Assembly (NCBI GenBank): GCA_036848175.1 | Contig: DAIUKO010000006.1 | Location: 1 to 62,284 of the forward strand | Direction: 5' to 3' | DNA: 62,284 nucleotides | Source: Vicinamibacterales bacterium | Lineage (GTDB): Bacteria > Acidobacteriota > Vicinamibacteria > Vicinamibacterales > CAVVIG01 | In this document: in pieces, positions 17,450 to 26,049 of the stretch | Position numbering within the stretch: the first letter of the stretch is position 1 | Layout of the letters: each line of letters starts with the position of its first letter | The notes under the pieces: generated by a model | What the model was told of the DNA's origin: nothing | Databases searched by the model: none | The model's input: the letters and a program-made list of their open reading frames with translations, nothing else | Position numbers and translations under genes: made by a program

Positions 17450-18240
17450 GCCGGCAGGGTCACGGCGTTGCCAATCGCCGTGTTGCCGGCGACGCGGTTC
17501 ACCGCGAACAACATCATCCAGCGGCCCGCGAACGTCGTCCATTTCATCGGCGCGTCGGGATCGATGGCCGCGACGCCGTGCGGACACGCCGCGTTGAAGT
17601 AGACGACGTCGCCGGGCTCGGCGAGATCGTCGATGACCAGGTCGCGTCCGTCGGCCATCTGCACGAACAAGCCGCCAGACTGGAAGTCGACGCCCTTGCG
17701 CGTCATCTGCATGATCGGCACCGTCAGCTGGTGGTAGTCCACCGGGTCGGCATGCCGCGCGAGAAAGCCGCCGCCGCGCGGGTACACCTGGAACGCGATG
17801 CGGGCGGTGCAGCCGTCCTGCGGCGCGAGACTGAGAAAGCTGTCGGCTGGCAGCCCGCTCAACCGATTCTTCATGTGGTAGATCGGCGCGCACAGCGTGA
17901 ACAGATCGAACGGGTCCTGATTCCACGGGAAGAACACGAACTGATGGAAACTGCCGGGCACGTAGGCGCGGCTGTCGTTCCGGTTCATCCGATGGAAGTT
18001 CGGCGCGCCCGCCTGGATTGGCGCGTAGTTGGGCAGCGATCCGCGGCCGACGCCCTCGAGGTAGCCACGGATCTCCTGCAGCAGCGCCGCGTCGAACTGG
18101 CGCCGCGCGATGTAGATGTCGCCGGCGGCGATGTCCGCTCTCACCTGCTGCAGCCGCGCATCATCTGAGAGGAGTGCACCGGCATCGTCGATCCACTGCA
18201 GATGCCGGCCGGCCAGCGTGATCGGAGTCGAGGGGCTCAT
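17446..18240 (-). CDS. putative Fe(II)/2-oxoglutarate oxygenase (cupin/DSBH-like)
   Basis: 264-aa ORF with HxD...H candidates ARHADPVD and ACPHGV. ATGA with the upstream stop. Confidence 0.6.
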   Translation of the reverse strand: MSPSTPITLAGRHLQWIDDAGALLSDDARLQQVRADIAAGDIYIARRQFDAALLQEIRGYLEGVGRGSLPNYAPIQAGAPNFHRMNRNDSRAYVPGSFHQFVFFPWNQDPFDLFTLCAPIYHMKNRLSGLPADSFLSLAPQDGCTARIAFQVYPRGGGFLARHADPVDYHQLTVPIMQMTRKGVDFQSGGLFVQMADGRDLVIDDLAEPGDVVYFNAACPHGVAAIDPDAPMKWTTFAGRWMMLFAVNRVAGNTAIGNAVTLPA

Positions 18241-19949
18241 CGGTAGTGCGCGAGGCGCCGTTCGGGATCCATGCTGCGGTCCAGCGATCGCGAGAATTCA
18301 TCGGCGAGCTCGACGCGGAACACATGAATCCGTCCGAGGTACGTGTGCGGAGAGACGTACGACGTCGCCTCCACGATTCGAATCTCGGGGTCGGTCGTCG
18401 GGAACGACTTCACGAAGCGCATGTAGTCGTACAAATCCGAGTAGTCGCCGTCCCAGGTGACGATCCATCGCGGATTGAGAAACACGATCTTCTTGAGATA
18501 GGCCAGCGACGAAGGATTCGGGGCGACGGCGCGCTTCGCCGCCAGCGCCGCATCGAACGATGCCGGCCACATCCCGGCGAAGTAGCGCTCGCCGCCGTAG
18601 GTGACGACGTGATACGGCGGGCTCAGGTAGGTTCCGAACGGGCTCGGGCAGTAGACGCGGTCGGCGGGTTTGGCGCCGGCCGACAGCATCGCGCCGTTCA
18701 GCTCCGCGCGAAATCTGCCGTATTCCGCGAACTTGAACCCGTTGTGCAGTCGCTCGGCGGCAACCGTCGTGTCGTGGGCGGCGATGAACATCGCCACCGC
18801 GAGCGCGACCGCGCCGGCCGTCAACGGCGTCGAGTGCTGGACCTCGAACCACGCGCGGACTGGGAATAGCAGCATCGACACCGACAGCGCCAACGCCAGG
18901 TACCAAGCCGATCGATAGATGACCGTGTAGCTGCCGACGAAATTCTTCAGGAACAGCCAGTCCATGATGAACGACAGCGCGAACGCGACGGACAGAACGA
19001 TGACCCCGTGGAGATACACTCGGAGCGTTGGCCACGAGGGCAGCCGATCGCGCATGGCCGCCGCGACGAGGCCGACCATCACACCGGGCAGCGCGTAGGC
19101 GAAATGGACGTTGGCAAAGTGCTCCCAGACCGGCTGCGCCGACGACAGCAACTCGCCAACGCGTCCGGCCGCCGCCATCTCGTACCGCTGCGGCCACGCG
19201 ACGTTGCCGGTCGCCGCGTTGCCGAGCATCTGCACCACGATGTTCCGCCAGTCATCCGTCGCAGCGAAGTATCCGTAGAGAAGCGCCGGGATCGCACAGG
19301 GCGCGAGGAACGCAGCGGCATGCCGCACATCGAGCAGGTCACGAAAATGGATGGCCACGAACAGCACGAAAATCGGCAACAGCACGATCGCCGCAGCGGG
19401 ATGCGTCAACGCGCAGACGATCGCGCCGGCGCTCGCCGCGGCGAGCACGACAGGCCGGTGGTTGCGCCATACGTGCCACTCCAGCAGCATGACCGTGGCG
19501 GCGAAGTATCCGAACGCGGCGGTCATTTCCGGCCGGCCCGCGAGCGCGGCGGCAATCACCAACCGATCGGAGACAAACGCCGCGACGAAGACGAGTCCGA
19601 TCACGAGGTCGCCACGGTAGACCGCGTAAGCCATCGCCGACGCGATCAACAAGGCGAAATGAAAAATGTTGGCCAGCGCGATCGACTCGGAACGTTCACC
19701 GTACAGCCGGATCAAGGCGGCGTGAACGGTCGCGTAGTAGTACATCGTGAAGTTGTAGGTGCGGTGCGCGATGTTCAGGCCGGATCCCATCAGCGGCGAC
19801 CCGAAGTCGCCGGCGCGGACGAGACTGAACGACGGATAGGTGTATTCGTAATCGTCGTGCATGAACAGCGGGACGACGCCAAGGCTGGTGATGCCGCCGA
19901 ATACGATCACGAAGGACAACAATCCAGCCGCAGTGGCGCGCGCCCTCAT
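18237..19949 (-). CDS. GT-C-like polytopic membrane glycosyltransferase (ArnT/PMT-like)
   Basis: ORF 18237..20201 trimmed to ATG 19949 (MRARATAAGLL...; ATGA). Many TM helices, acidic HDDYEY in the first loop, and a soluble C-terminal domain. Lies directly downstream of a polyprenyl-P-sugar GT2. Confidence 0.75.
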   Translation of the reverse strand: MRARATAAGLLSFVIVFGGITSLGVVPLFMHDDYEYTYPSFSLVRAGDFGSPLMGSGLNIAHRTYNFTMYYYATVHAALIRLYGERSESIALANIFHFALLIASAMAYAVYRGDLVIGLVFVAAFVSDRLVIAAALAGRPEMTAAFGYFAATVMLLEWHVWRNHRPVVLAAASAGAIVCALTHPAAAIVLLPIFVLFVAIHFRDLLDVRHAAAFLAPCAIPALLYGYFAATDDWRNIVVQMLGNAATGNVAWPQRYEMAAAGRVGELLSSAQPVWEHFANVHFAYALPGVMVGLVAAAMRDRLPSWPTLRVYLHGVIVLSVAFALSFIMDWLFLKNFVGSYTVIYRSAWYLALALSVSMLLFPVRAWFEVQHSTPLTAGAVALAVAMFIAAHDTTVAAERLHNGFKFAEYGRFRAELNGAMLSAGAKPADRVYCPSPFGTYLSPPYHVVTYGGERYFAGMWPASFDAALAAKRAVAPNPSSLAYLKKIVFLNPRWIVTWDGDYSDLYDYMRFVKSFPTTDPEIRIVEATSYVSPHTYLGRIHVFRVELADEFSRSLDRSMDPERRLAHYR

Positions 19950-20908
19950 ACCACGCGGGCATCCGACGCGACGGCCGGCAAGCCGACGCTCTCCCAGACG
20001 ATCGACGACGGGCGCAGCCGCACTTCGTCGTAAATGCGGCCGACGTATTCGCCGAGGATGCCGAGGAACATCAGCTGCACGCCGCCGAAGAACACGAGCG
20101 CGGCCGCGAGAACGAGCCGCGAATCGGCGACGGCGGCGATGCCGATCACCCGAGCCATCAACAGCGCCAGCGATGCCACCGACGTCGCCACGCCGACCCA
20201 TGCCGCCAGTCGAAGCGGAAACATCGAGAACGAGAGCAGCCCGTCAATCGCCAGTTGCACCAGCTGGCGGAGCGTGAACTTCGGCTCGCCCGCGGCACGA
20301 TTGGCGCGCGCGTAGGGCACGCCGATCTGTTGAAAGCCGACCCAGGCTCTGAGGCCGCGGAGGAACCGGTTCCGTTCCGGAAGTGCGTTCAGCAGATCCG
20401 CGACCTTCCGATCGACGAGGCAAAAATCGCCCGAGTCGAGCGGAATGCGAATCTCGGCGATGTGCGCGAGCAGACGGTAGAACGTATCGTAGGCGAGGCG
20501 CTTGGCGCGGCCTTCTTTGCGGTGACACCGGATCGCGTAGACGATCTCGAATCCTTTGCGCCACTCGGCGATGAACGTCGCGATGAGCTCTGGCGGATCC
20601 TGGAGATCCGAATCCATGATCACGACCGCCGAACCGGTGGTGTGCTTCAGCCCGGCGGAGATCGCCGCCTGGTGGCCGAAGTTTCGCGACAATCGAAGGC
20701 CGCGCCATCGTGGATCCCGTCGATGCTGATCCCGAATCATCTGCCATGTCTCGTCGACCGATCCGTCGTCGACGAGAAGGATCTCCCACGGCATATCCCA
20801 TGCTGCGGCCGATCGCTCGAGCCGCTCGATGAACAGCGGCAGGACCACCGCTTCGTTGTAGCAGGGTGCGACAACCGACAACGTATCCAGACCGTTACCT
20901 GACCACAT
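19946..20908 (-). CDS. GT2 polyprenyl-phosphate sugar synthase (ArnC/GtrB architecture)
   Basis: 320-aa ORF with APCYNE, VDDGSVDETW, DSDLQDPP and two C-terminal TM helices. Confidence 0.9.
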   Translation of the reverse strand: MWSGNGLDTLSVVAPCYNEAVVLPLFIERLERSAAAWDMPWEILLVDDGSVDETWQMIRDQHRRDPRWRGLRLSRNFGHQAAISAGLKHTTGSAVVIMDSDLQDPPELIATFIAEWRKGFEIVYAIRCHRKEGRAKRLAYDTFYRLLAHIAEIRIPLDSGDFCLVDRKVADLLNALPERNRFLRGLRAWVGFQQIGVPYARANRAAGEPKFTLRQLVQLAIDGLLSFSMFPLRLAAWVGVATSVASLALLMARVIGIAAVADSRLVLAAALVFFGGVQLMFLGILGEYVGRIYDEVRLRPSSIVWESVGLPAVASDARVV

Positions 20909-21560
20909 ACAGCTTCAGGTCGTCCAACGCCGCCGCGGACTCGCCGGCAGGATTGCAGTTCGCGACGACGATGTCGAGCGAGGAGGCGCCGGCGAGCCGG
21001 CCGGTCACGAGATCCTCGAACGGGCCGGGGCTCTGAAACGATCGGAACCCCAGCCACTTGCCGCCGGCCATGAGACCGATGGTGATACCGCCCTTCCCGA
21101 CGTACCCGCGAACCGTGAGATGCGCGATGGCGGCGCGGTCGACCGGCACGCGGGCCACCGCATCGTACAGATACGGTCCGTCGCCGGTGAGAATCTCGAG
21201 ACGTCCCTGCGTCACCGACACCGTGCGAGCGTCGAGCGTGGACCAGTGCAGCGTCGACACGTCGTAGTTCGCAGCGACCCGTCCATTCCGAACGTCGTCG
21301 GCGGACGCGGATGCACGCGAGAGCGCGACCACGTCTCGATACACCAGGCCCAGCCACGTCGCGACCGTCACGATCGCGATGCCGATCAACACGCGCCCCA
21401 CCGATGCCGCCCTACGCGCGCTCAACCGCGTGCGCGCGACGAGCCGGATCTTCTCGTAGACGCGCATGAAGATCTCACCGAACAGCACGGCCCAGACCCG
21501 CTCCATCGCATCGACGACGAGACAGAGCATCACGTAGGCGATCAAGAGCGCGAACTTCAT
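20895..21560 (-). CDS. membrane-anchored protein with C-terminal beta-rich domain (paralogue 1)
   Basis: ORF 20895..21719 trimmed to ATG 21560 (MKFALLIAYV...; ATGA). Hydrophobic N-terminal segments, then a ~125-aa domain ending ...GGITIGLMAGGKWLG...SPGPF...VVANCNPAGES...LKLYVVR. Paralogous to 25471..26049. Confidence 0.7.
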   Translation of the reverse strand: MKFALLIAYVMLCLVVDAMERVWAVLFGEIFMRVYEKIRLVARTRLSARRAASVGRVLIGIAIVTVATWLGLVYRDVVALSRASASADDVRNGRVAANYDVSTLHWSTLDARTVSVTQGRLEILTGDGPYLYDAVARVPVDRAAIAHLTVRGYVGKGGITIGLMAGGKWLGFRSFQSPGPFEDLVTGRLAGASSLDIVVANCNPAGESAAALDDLKLYVVR

Positions 21561-22366
21561 TTCGACGGAGCCGCCGTCTTGCGAAAATCGCCGCGGCTGA
21601 AATATTTCTCCAGCCACACGTAGAGCACGATGAACATATAGCGCGCGCCCATCTCCTTGATCTGGAGCTTGGCAATCCCGGTGCGGCGGTTGCGCCACGT
21701 AATCGGAATCACGGTCCACGAATAGCCACGGACGATCGTCTTCAGCGGCAGCTCGACGGTCAGGTTGAAATGCGGCGACAGGAACGGCCGTAGACCCTCC
21801 AGCGTCGTTCTGCGGTAGGCCTTGAACGCGTTCGTCGTGTCGTTCAGTTTCAGACCGAAGAGAATCCGGATGAACCAGTTGAACGCGCGGTTGAGCACGA
21901 GCTTCGGGAACGGATAGTCGATCGTGCCGCCGCCGGGCATGAACCGGCTGCCGAAGACCGCGTCGTACCCCTCGTGCAGCTTGTGCCAGTAGCGCACCAC
22001 GTCGCGGCAGTCATCGGACTCGTCGCCCATGACGATGGCGACCGCGTCGCCTCTGGCCGCGTCGATCCCGCGGACGACGGCACGGCCGAAGCCGTGCGAT
22101 CCGTTGTTCTTGACGGCGCGCAGCTCGGGAACCGACTGCTGGAGCTCAGTCAGCGCCTCCCACGTTCCATCGCTGCTGCCGTCGTCGACGACGACGATCT
22201 CGTGCGGCACGCGGTGGTGCGCCAGCTCGATGTGCAGATGTTGAACGGTGGTCGCGATGGCTGCCTCTTCGTCGCGGGCCGGAATCACGATGCTGAAGCA
22301 GCGAAGCGACTCATCGCGCGCAGGCGCGTCAGCCATCGTCAGAACGGTTCCGTGAGCGACAGCCAT
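21557..22366 (-). CDS. GT2 glycosyltransferase (DPM1-like)
   Basis: 269-aa ORF with VDDGSSDGTW and MGDESDD. The alternative ATG 22336 (MADAPARD...) leaves a 2-nt gap instead of a 28-nt overlap with the upstream gene. Confidence 0.85.
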   Translation of the reverse strand: MAVAHGTVLTMADAPARDESLRCFSIVIPARDEEAAIATTVQHLHIELAHHRVPHEIVVVDDGSSDGTWEALTELQQSVPELRAVKNNGSHGFGRAVVRGIDAARGDAVAIVMGDESDDCRDVVRYWHKLHEGYDAVFGSRFMPGGGTIDYPFPKLVLNRAFNWFIRILFGLKLNDTTNAFKAYRRTTLEGLRPFLSPHFNLTVELPLKTIVRGYSWTVIPITWRNRRTGIAKLQIKEMGARYMFIVLYVWLEKYFSRGDFRKTAAPSK

Positions 22367-23406
22367 TCCGGATTCAGTCGGGCGTGGTCGGCGATCTCGT
22401 CGAGAACGCCGGCCACGCCGCGCGCTGGACGCCAGCCGAACGTCTCAGTGGCGCGCGCGTGATCCATCGCCAGCCACGGCACGTCGTACTTGCGCGCGCT
22501 TCCGTCGGTCCGCACCGTCCGCGGACCGAATCGCCCGGCGCACCACTCGCTCAGCTGCGCCAGCGACATCGCGTTGGCGACGCCGCCGCCGACGTTCCAC
22601 GTTCCCCCCGCCGCCGATCCCGATGCGATTTGCCGCTCGATCAGCGCGCAGAGATCCGCGGGATGCAGCGCGTCGCGGACCTGGCGACCGGTGCCGTCGA
22701 AGCCGAGATACGTGAGCGAGCGACCGGACGCCCAGGCGCGGACCCAGTAGGAAAAAATGCCTTGTTCGGCCGTTCCGAACTGGCCGCCGCCGGCGAGCAC
22801 GCCGCATCGGTCGATGACGATCGGCAGACCAAATGCCGTTCCATATTCGCGCGCCATGACTTCGGAGGCGACTTTCGTCGCGCCGTACAACGACACGGGC
22901 GCCGACGTCGAAAACTCCTCGGCGACTCCCATGGGCGACGCGCCGCATGGCCACGCCGCGGATCGATCGGGCACGAAGGCGTTGCCGTCCACCAGGAGCG
23001 GCAGCGTGTTGAGCGAGTTGATGCTGTAGACGCGACTGGTCGACAGCAGCACGAGACCGGCGCCACGCTGCTTGCAGAACTCCAGGACGTTCAGCGTACC
23101 GGCCAGGTTGTGCTCGACGGTTTGACGGCTGCTCGTGCGGCCGTCGATGCCGGCAAGCACGCTCGGCTGCGCCGCGGCGTCGATCACCCAGTCGGCACTT
23201 CCGAGCACGTCGAGATCGCTCGCACATCTGATGTCGCCGTACTTGACCACGATGCCCGCGGCCTTGAGCCGGCCGCGCGTCGTCTCGCTGCCCGGTCTGC
23301 TGAAGTTGTCGACGCCGGCCACTCGTGCGCCGTCGATGCGATGAGCCAGCTGCAGCGCGAGCTCGCTGCCAACGAACCCGCAGATTCCGGTGACGGCGAT
23401 GTTCAT
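22339..23406 (-). CDS. NAD-dependent sugar epimerase (CDP-paratose 2-epimerase-like extended SDR)
   Basis: 355-aa ORF with VTGICGFVGS and YGATK. Overall layout resembles tyvelose/paratose epimerases as I remember them. Confidence 0.8.
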   Translation of the reverse strand: MNIAVTGICGFVGSELALQLAHRIDGARVAGVDNFSRPGSETTRGRLKAAGIVVKYGDIRCASDLDVLGSADWVIDAAAQPSVLAGIDGRTSSRQTVEHNLAGTLNVLEFCKQRGAGLVLLSTSRVYSINSLNTLPLLVDGNAFVPDRSAAWPCGASPMGVAEEFSTSAPVSLYGATKVASEVMAREYGTAFGLPIVIDRCGVLAGGGQFGTAEQGIFSYWVRAWASGRSLTYLGFDGTGRQVRDALHPADLCALIERQIASGSAAGGTWNVGGGVANAMSLAQLSEWCAGRFGPRTVRTDGSARKYDVPWLAMDHARATETFGWRPARGVAGVLDEIADHARLNPEWLSLTEPF

Positions 23407-23422
23407 CGACGAACGGCGTCAG

Positions 23423-25474
23423 CTACCTGACGACACCCCAGGACGAACGGGACGCGTCGAGAAAGGGCGTCCAGTAGTGAAACGCGTCGTTTCGCAGCAG
23501 CCAGTCATGAAGCGGCCACGCGCCGATGGCGAGAACCGAGACGCCGACCAGTACCGCGGCCGTCGCGCGATGGCGTTCGAGGAGCGCTCGATAGAAATCT
23601 GGATCGAAGAGCAGCGGCACGGCGGCAACGAGAATCGCCACGCCAACCGCACCGTAGTACCGGCCTTCGCTCGTTTGCATGATCCAGAACAGCGGCGCGT
23701 TGAGGAACAGCGGCCAAGCGAGGAGCAGCGTGCGCGCCCGCTGATATCCGGTCGCCGCGGCCAGCGCAATCGTCGTCAGGAACAGCAGAATCAGCGATCC
23801 TCGTCCCACGATCTGAAACACCGACTGCTGCAGATCGGTGGGGATGCCGGGCCACAGGTCGCCGCCCACGCATCGCATCAGCTTGTTGTAGACCATGACG
23901 ATGACGTGGCCCGGATACGTCAGCCAGAACTTGAACACTTCGCGCACGACGACGTTGCTGGCGGCCTGCGATTTCTGCTCGAACGGTGTGTGCGCCGACA
24001 CCCATGCGAAATACGATTCGTCCGAACAGACCCACGGAAAACGGCTCGGCACTTCCCATAGCCCGCACAGCAGCGACGCACCGGTCGTCGACGTCGTCGG
24101 CACGAACTCTCCGGTGTAGCGCATCTTGTAGCCCGCCCAGCCGATGCCGATCGCCGCGGCCAGCGCGATCGGGATCAGCAGGCGGCGCGGATCGCGCGCG
24201 TGCAGGATCAGCGAGACGATCGCCCATCCGGGCAGCACGTCGGGCCGCATCAGGAACCACACGGCAAAGAGCAGATGCAGGACCAGATCGATCCGCGCGA
24301 CCGGCCGGTCCTCCTCACGTGCGGCAAGCCGCAGGCACAGCGTCGCGAGAATCAGCAGTGCGATCGGCGCGATGATCGAATCGACCTGCGTGTAGCCGAG
24401 TTGTTTGGGCAACATCGCGAGCAGCAGGCCGAGCGTCCAGACGACCGGCGGTCGCCAGAGCCGGCCCGCCGCCCATGTGAAGAAGCCGAGCGCACCGCTG
24501 TAGAACAACACCTGCAGCAAGACAGTGGCGGTGGCGAGATCGACGAAGGTCCGCGCGCCGAACAACAGCGCGGCGGCCGAGGCGAAGAGACCGTAGCCAG
24601 GCATCTTCGCCCATGACACCAGGCCGTCTGCCACCGTGAGGCCCTGGCCGTGGAGGAGACGCGTCGCTTCCCACAGCGCGCCGTTCAGGTTGCTGCCGGC
24701 GATTTCCTGCATCGGTCCGCTCGCGTAGGACGCGCGAAGATCCCGGGCCGTGTACGGCGAGTACAGCACTGCCAGATCGAGCAGGCACAGCGAGAAACAG
24801 ACGACCGCCAGGATGAACGGATTGAATCTCCTGAGCAGCGAAGCCGGCACGAAGAACGCCGCGATGATCGTGAAGAAACAGAGTCGCATCACCGCTCTTG
24901 GAACCAGAGTCCCGTGATATCTCTGAGGCGGGATGAATTGAAAGAGCGGACGCTCGTCCGACAGCAACCCTCGAGTGTCCTCGAACAATCCCAGCTCGGC
25001 GACGACGATCGGCGCCGGCGTTGCCGGCGCGAACGAGATCGCCGTGATGGCGTCGTGAGCAGGAAGCGGGATCGCGGTCCGAGCGAAACTGCCTGGCAGC
25101 TTGATCGGTTCGATGGCCGCCGCGTTGCCGTGCGACGCATGGTGCCACTGGAGCGTGGTCGGCGACGGCACGCTGACGAGGAGATGGTGCGCCTTCGTCA
25201 TCACCGCCGGCGCCTCGAATGCGACCGTCAGCAGCGTCGCTGGCGCGTCAGTGGCCACGCGATATCGTCCCTGCGAGAGTTCCGTGACCGTCACATGGCA
25301 GGTCGATTCCGATTCAGCGGCCTCACAGGTGCCGGCGACATGCGCGGCGAGTCCAGGAGGCGCGCCGACAAACACGCCTTTCACGTCGTGCATTCCCGCA
25401 TAGATGATGACCGCGACGGCGAGCACGAACTCGCCGGCGATCGCCGTCCGGCCGATCCGCGACAGCGAGGTCAT
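23423..25474 (-). CDS. large polytopic membrane protein with N-terminal extracytoplasmic domain (GT-C/O-antigen-ligase-like, unassigned)
   Basis: ORF 23423..25822 trimmed to ATG 25474 (MTSLSRIG...; ATGA). One TM, a ~200-aa soluble region, then many TM helices. Confidence 0.7.
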   Translation of the reverse strand: MTSLSRIGRTAIAGEFVLAVAVIIYAGMHDVKGVFVGAPPGLAAHVAGTCEAAESESTCHVTVTELSQGRYRVATDAPATLLTVAFEAPAVMTKAHHLLVSVPSPTTLQWHHASHGNAAAIEPIKLPGSFARTAIPLPAHDAITAISFAPATPAPIVVAELGLFEDTRGLLSDERPLFQFIPPQRYHGTLVPRAVMRLCFFTIIAAFFVPASLLRRFNPFILAVVCFSLCLLDLAVLYSPYTARDLRASYASGPMQEIAGSNLNGALWEATRLLHGQGLTVADGLVSWAKMPGYGLFASAAALLFGARTFVDLATATVLLQVLFYSGALGFFTWAAGRLWRPPVVWTLGLLLAMLPKQLGYTQVDSIIAPIALLILATLCLRLAAREEDRPVARIDLVLHLLFAVWFLMRPDVLPGWAIVSLILHARDPRRLLIPIALAAAIGIGWAGYKMRYTGEFVPTTSTTGASLLCGLWEVPSRFPWVCSDESYFAWVSAHTPFEQKSQAASNVVVREVFKFWLTYPGHVIVMVYNKLMRCVGGDLWPGIPTDLQQSVFQIVGRGSLILLFLTTIALAAATGYQRARTLLLAWPLFLNAPLFWIMQTSEGRYYGAVGVAILVAAVPLLFDPDFYRALLERHRATAAVLVGVSVLAIGAWPLHDWLLRNDAFHYWTPFLDASRSSWGVVR

Positions 25475-26049
25475 CGGCGCAAGTACAGGCGCAGTGACTT
25501 GATGGTGACGCGCGACTCGCCCGCCGCGTTCCTGTTCGCGATCGTCACCATCAGCGACCGGCGGAATCCGAGGAGGGCCGAGTTCAACCCCGAAAACGGG
25601 CCCGTGCTCTGTGACGAGTTGATCGCGATCCACTCGCCGCCTTGTTGAATCCCGATCGTCACGCCGCCCCGCTCGACGTCGGCGTCGAACTTGATCCCGG
25701 CCGTATGTGCGCCGTTGGCGCGGATCGTGGCGAAGGCCTGATATCCATACGGCTCGTCGCTGGTCGTGAGCGTGAGCGCGCCTTCGCGGAGTTCGAAGAT
25801 TCGTGGATGGACCGTCTGCCACGGCAGCGTGGTGAGGTCGTAATCAGGATTCACCGGCGCAGCCTGAAGAACGTTGGTGCTGTTGTACCACCACGACAAG
25901 CGCGCCAAATCCAGGTATTGCGACCACAGCAGCCAGAGTCCGGCGGCGGCGATGGCGAGCGTCGCGAACCCGCGCAGCCGGCTCAAAAGCAGTCTTCCCG
26001 TCCTTCCAGCCACGACGCGTGCCACAGCACTGCGTTCAACACGGTCCAC
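25471..26049 (-). CDS. membrane-anchored protein with C-terminal beta-rich domain (paralogue 2)
   Basis: 192-aa ORF with a single TM (ATLAIAAAGLWLLW), then ...GGVTIGIQQGGEWIA...STGPF...TIANRNAAGES...LRLYLRR. The alternative TTG start at 25986 would form a TTGA overlap with the asnB-like stop. Confidence 0.7.
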   Translation of the reverse strand: MDRVERSAVARVVAGRTGRLLLSRLRGFATLAIAAAGLWLLWSQYLDLARLSWWYNSTNVLQAAPVNPDYDLTTLPWQTVHPRIFELREGALTLTTSDEPYGYQAFATIRANGAHTAGIKFDADVERGGVTIGIQQGGEWIAINSSQSTGPFSGLNSALLGFRRSLMVTIANRNAAGESRVTIKSLRLYLRR

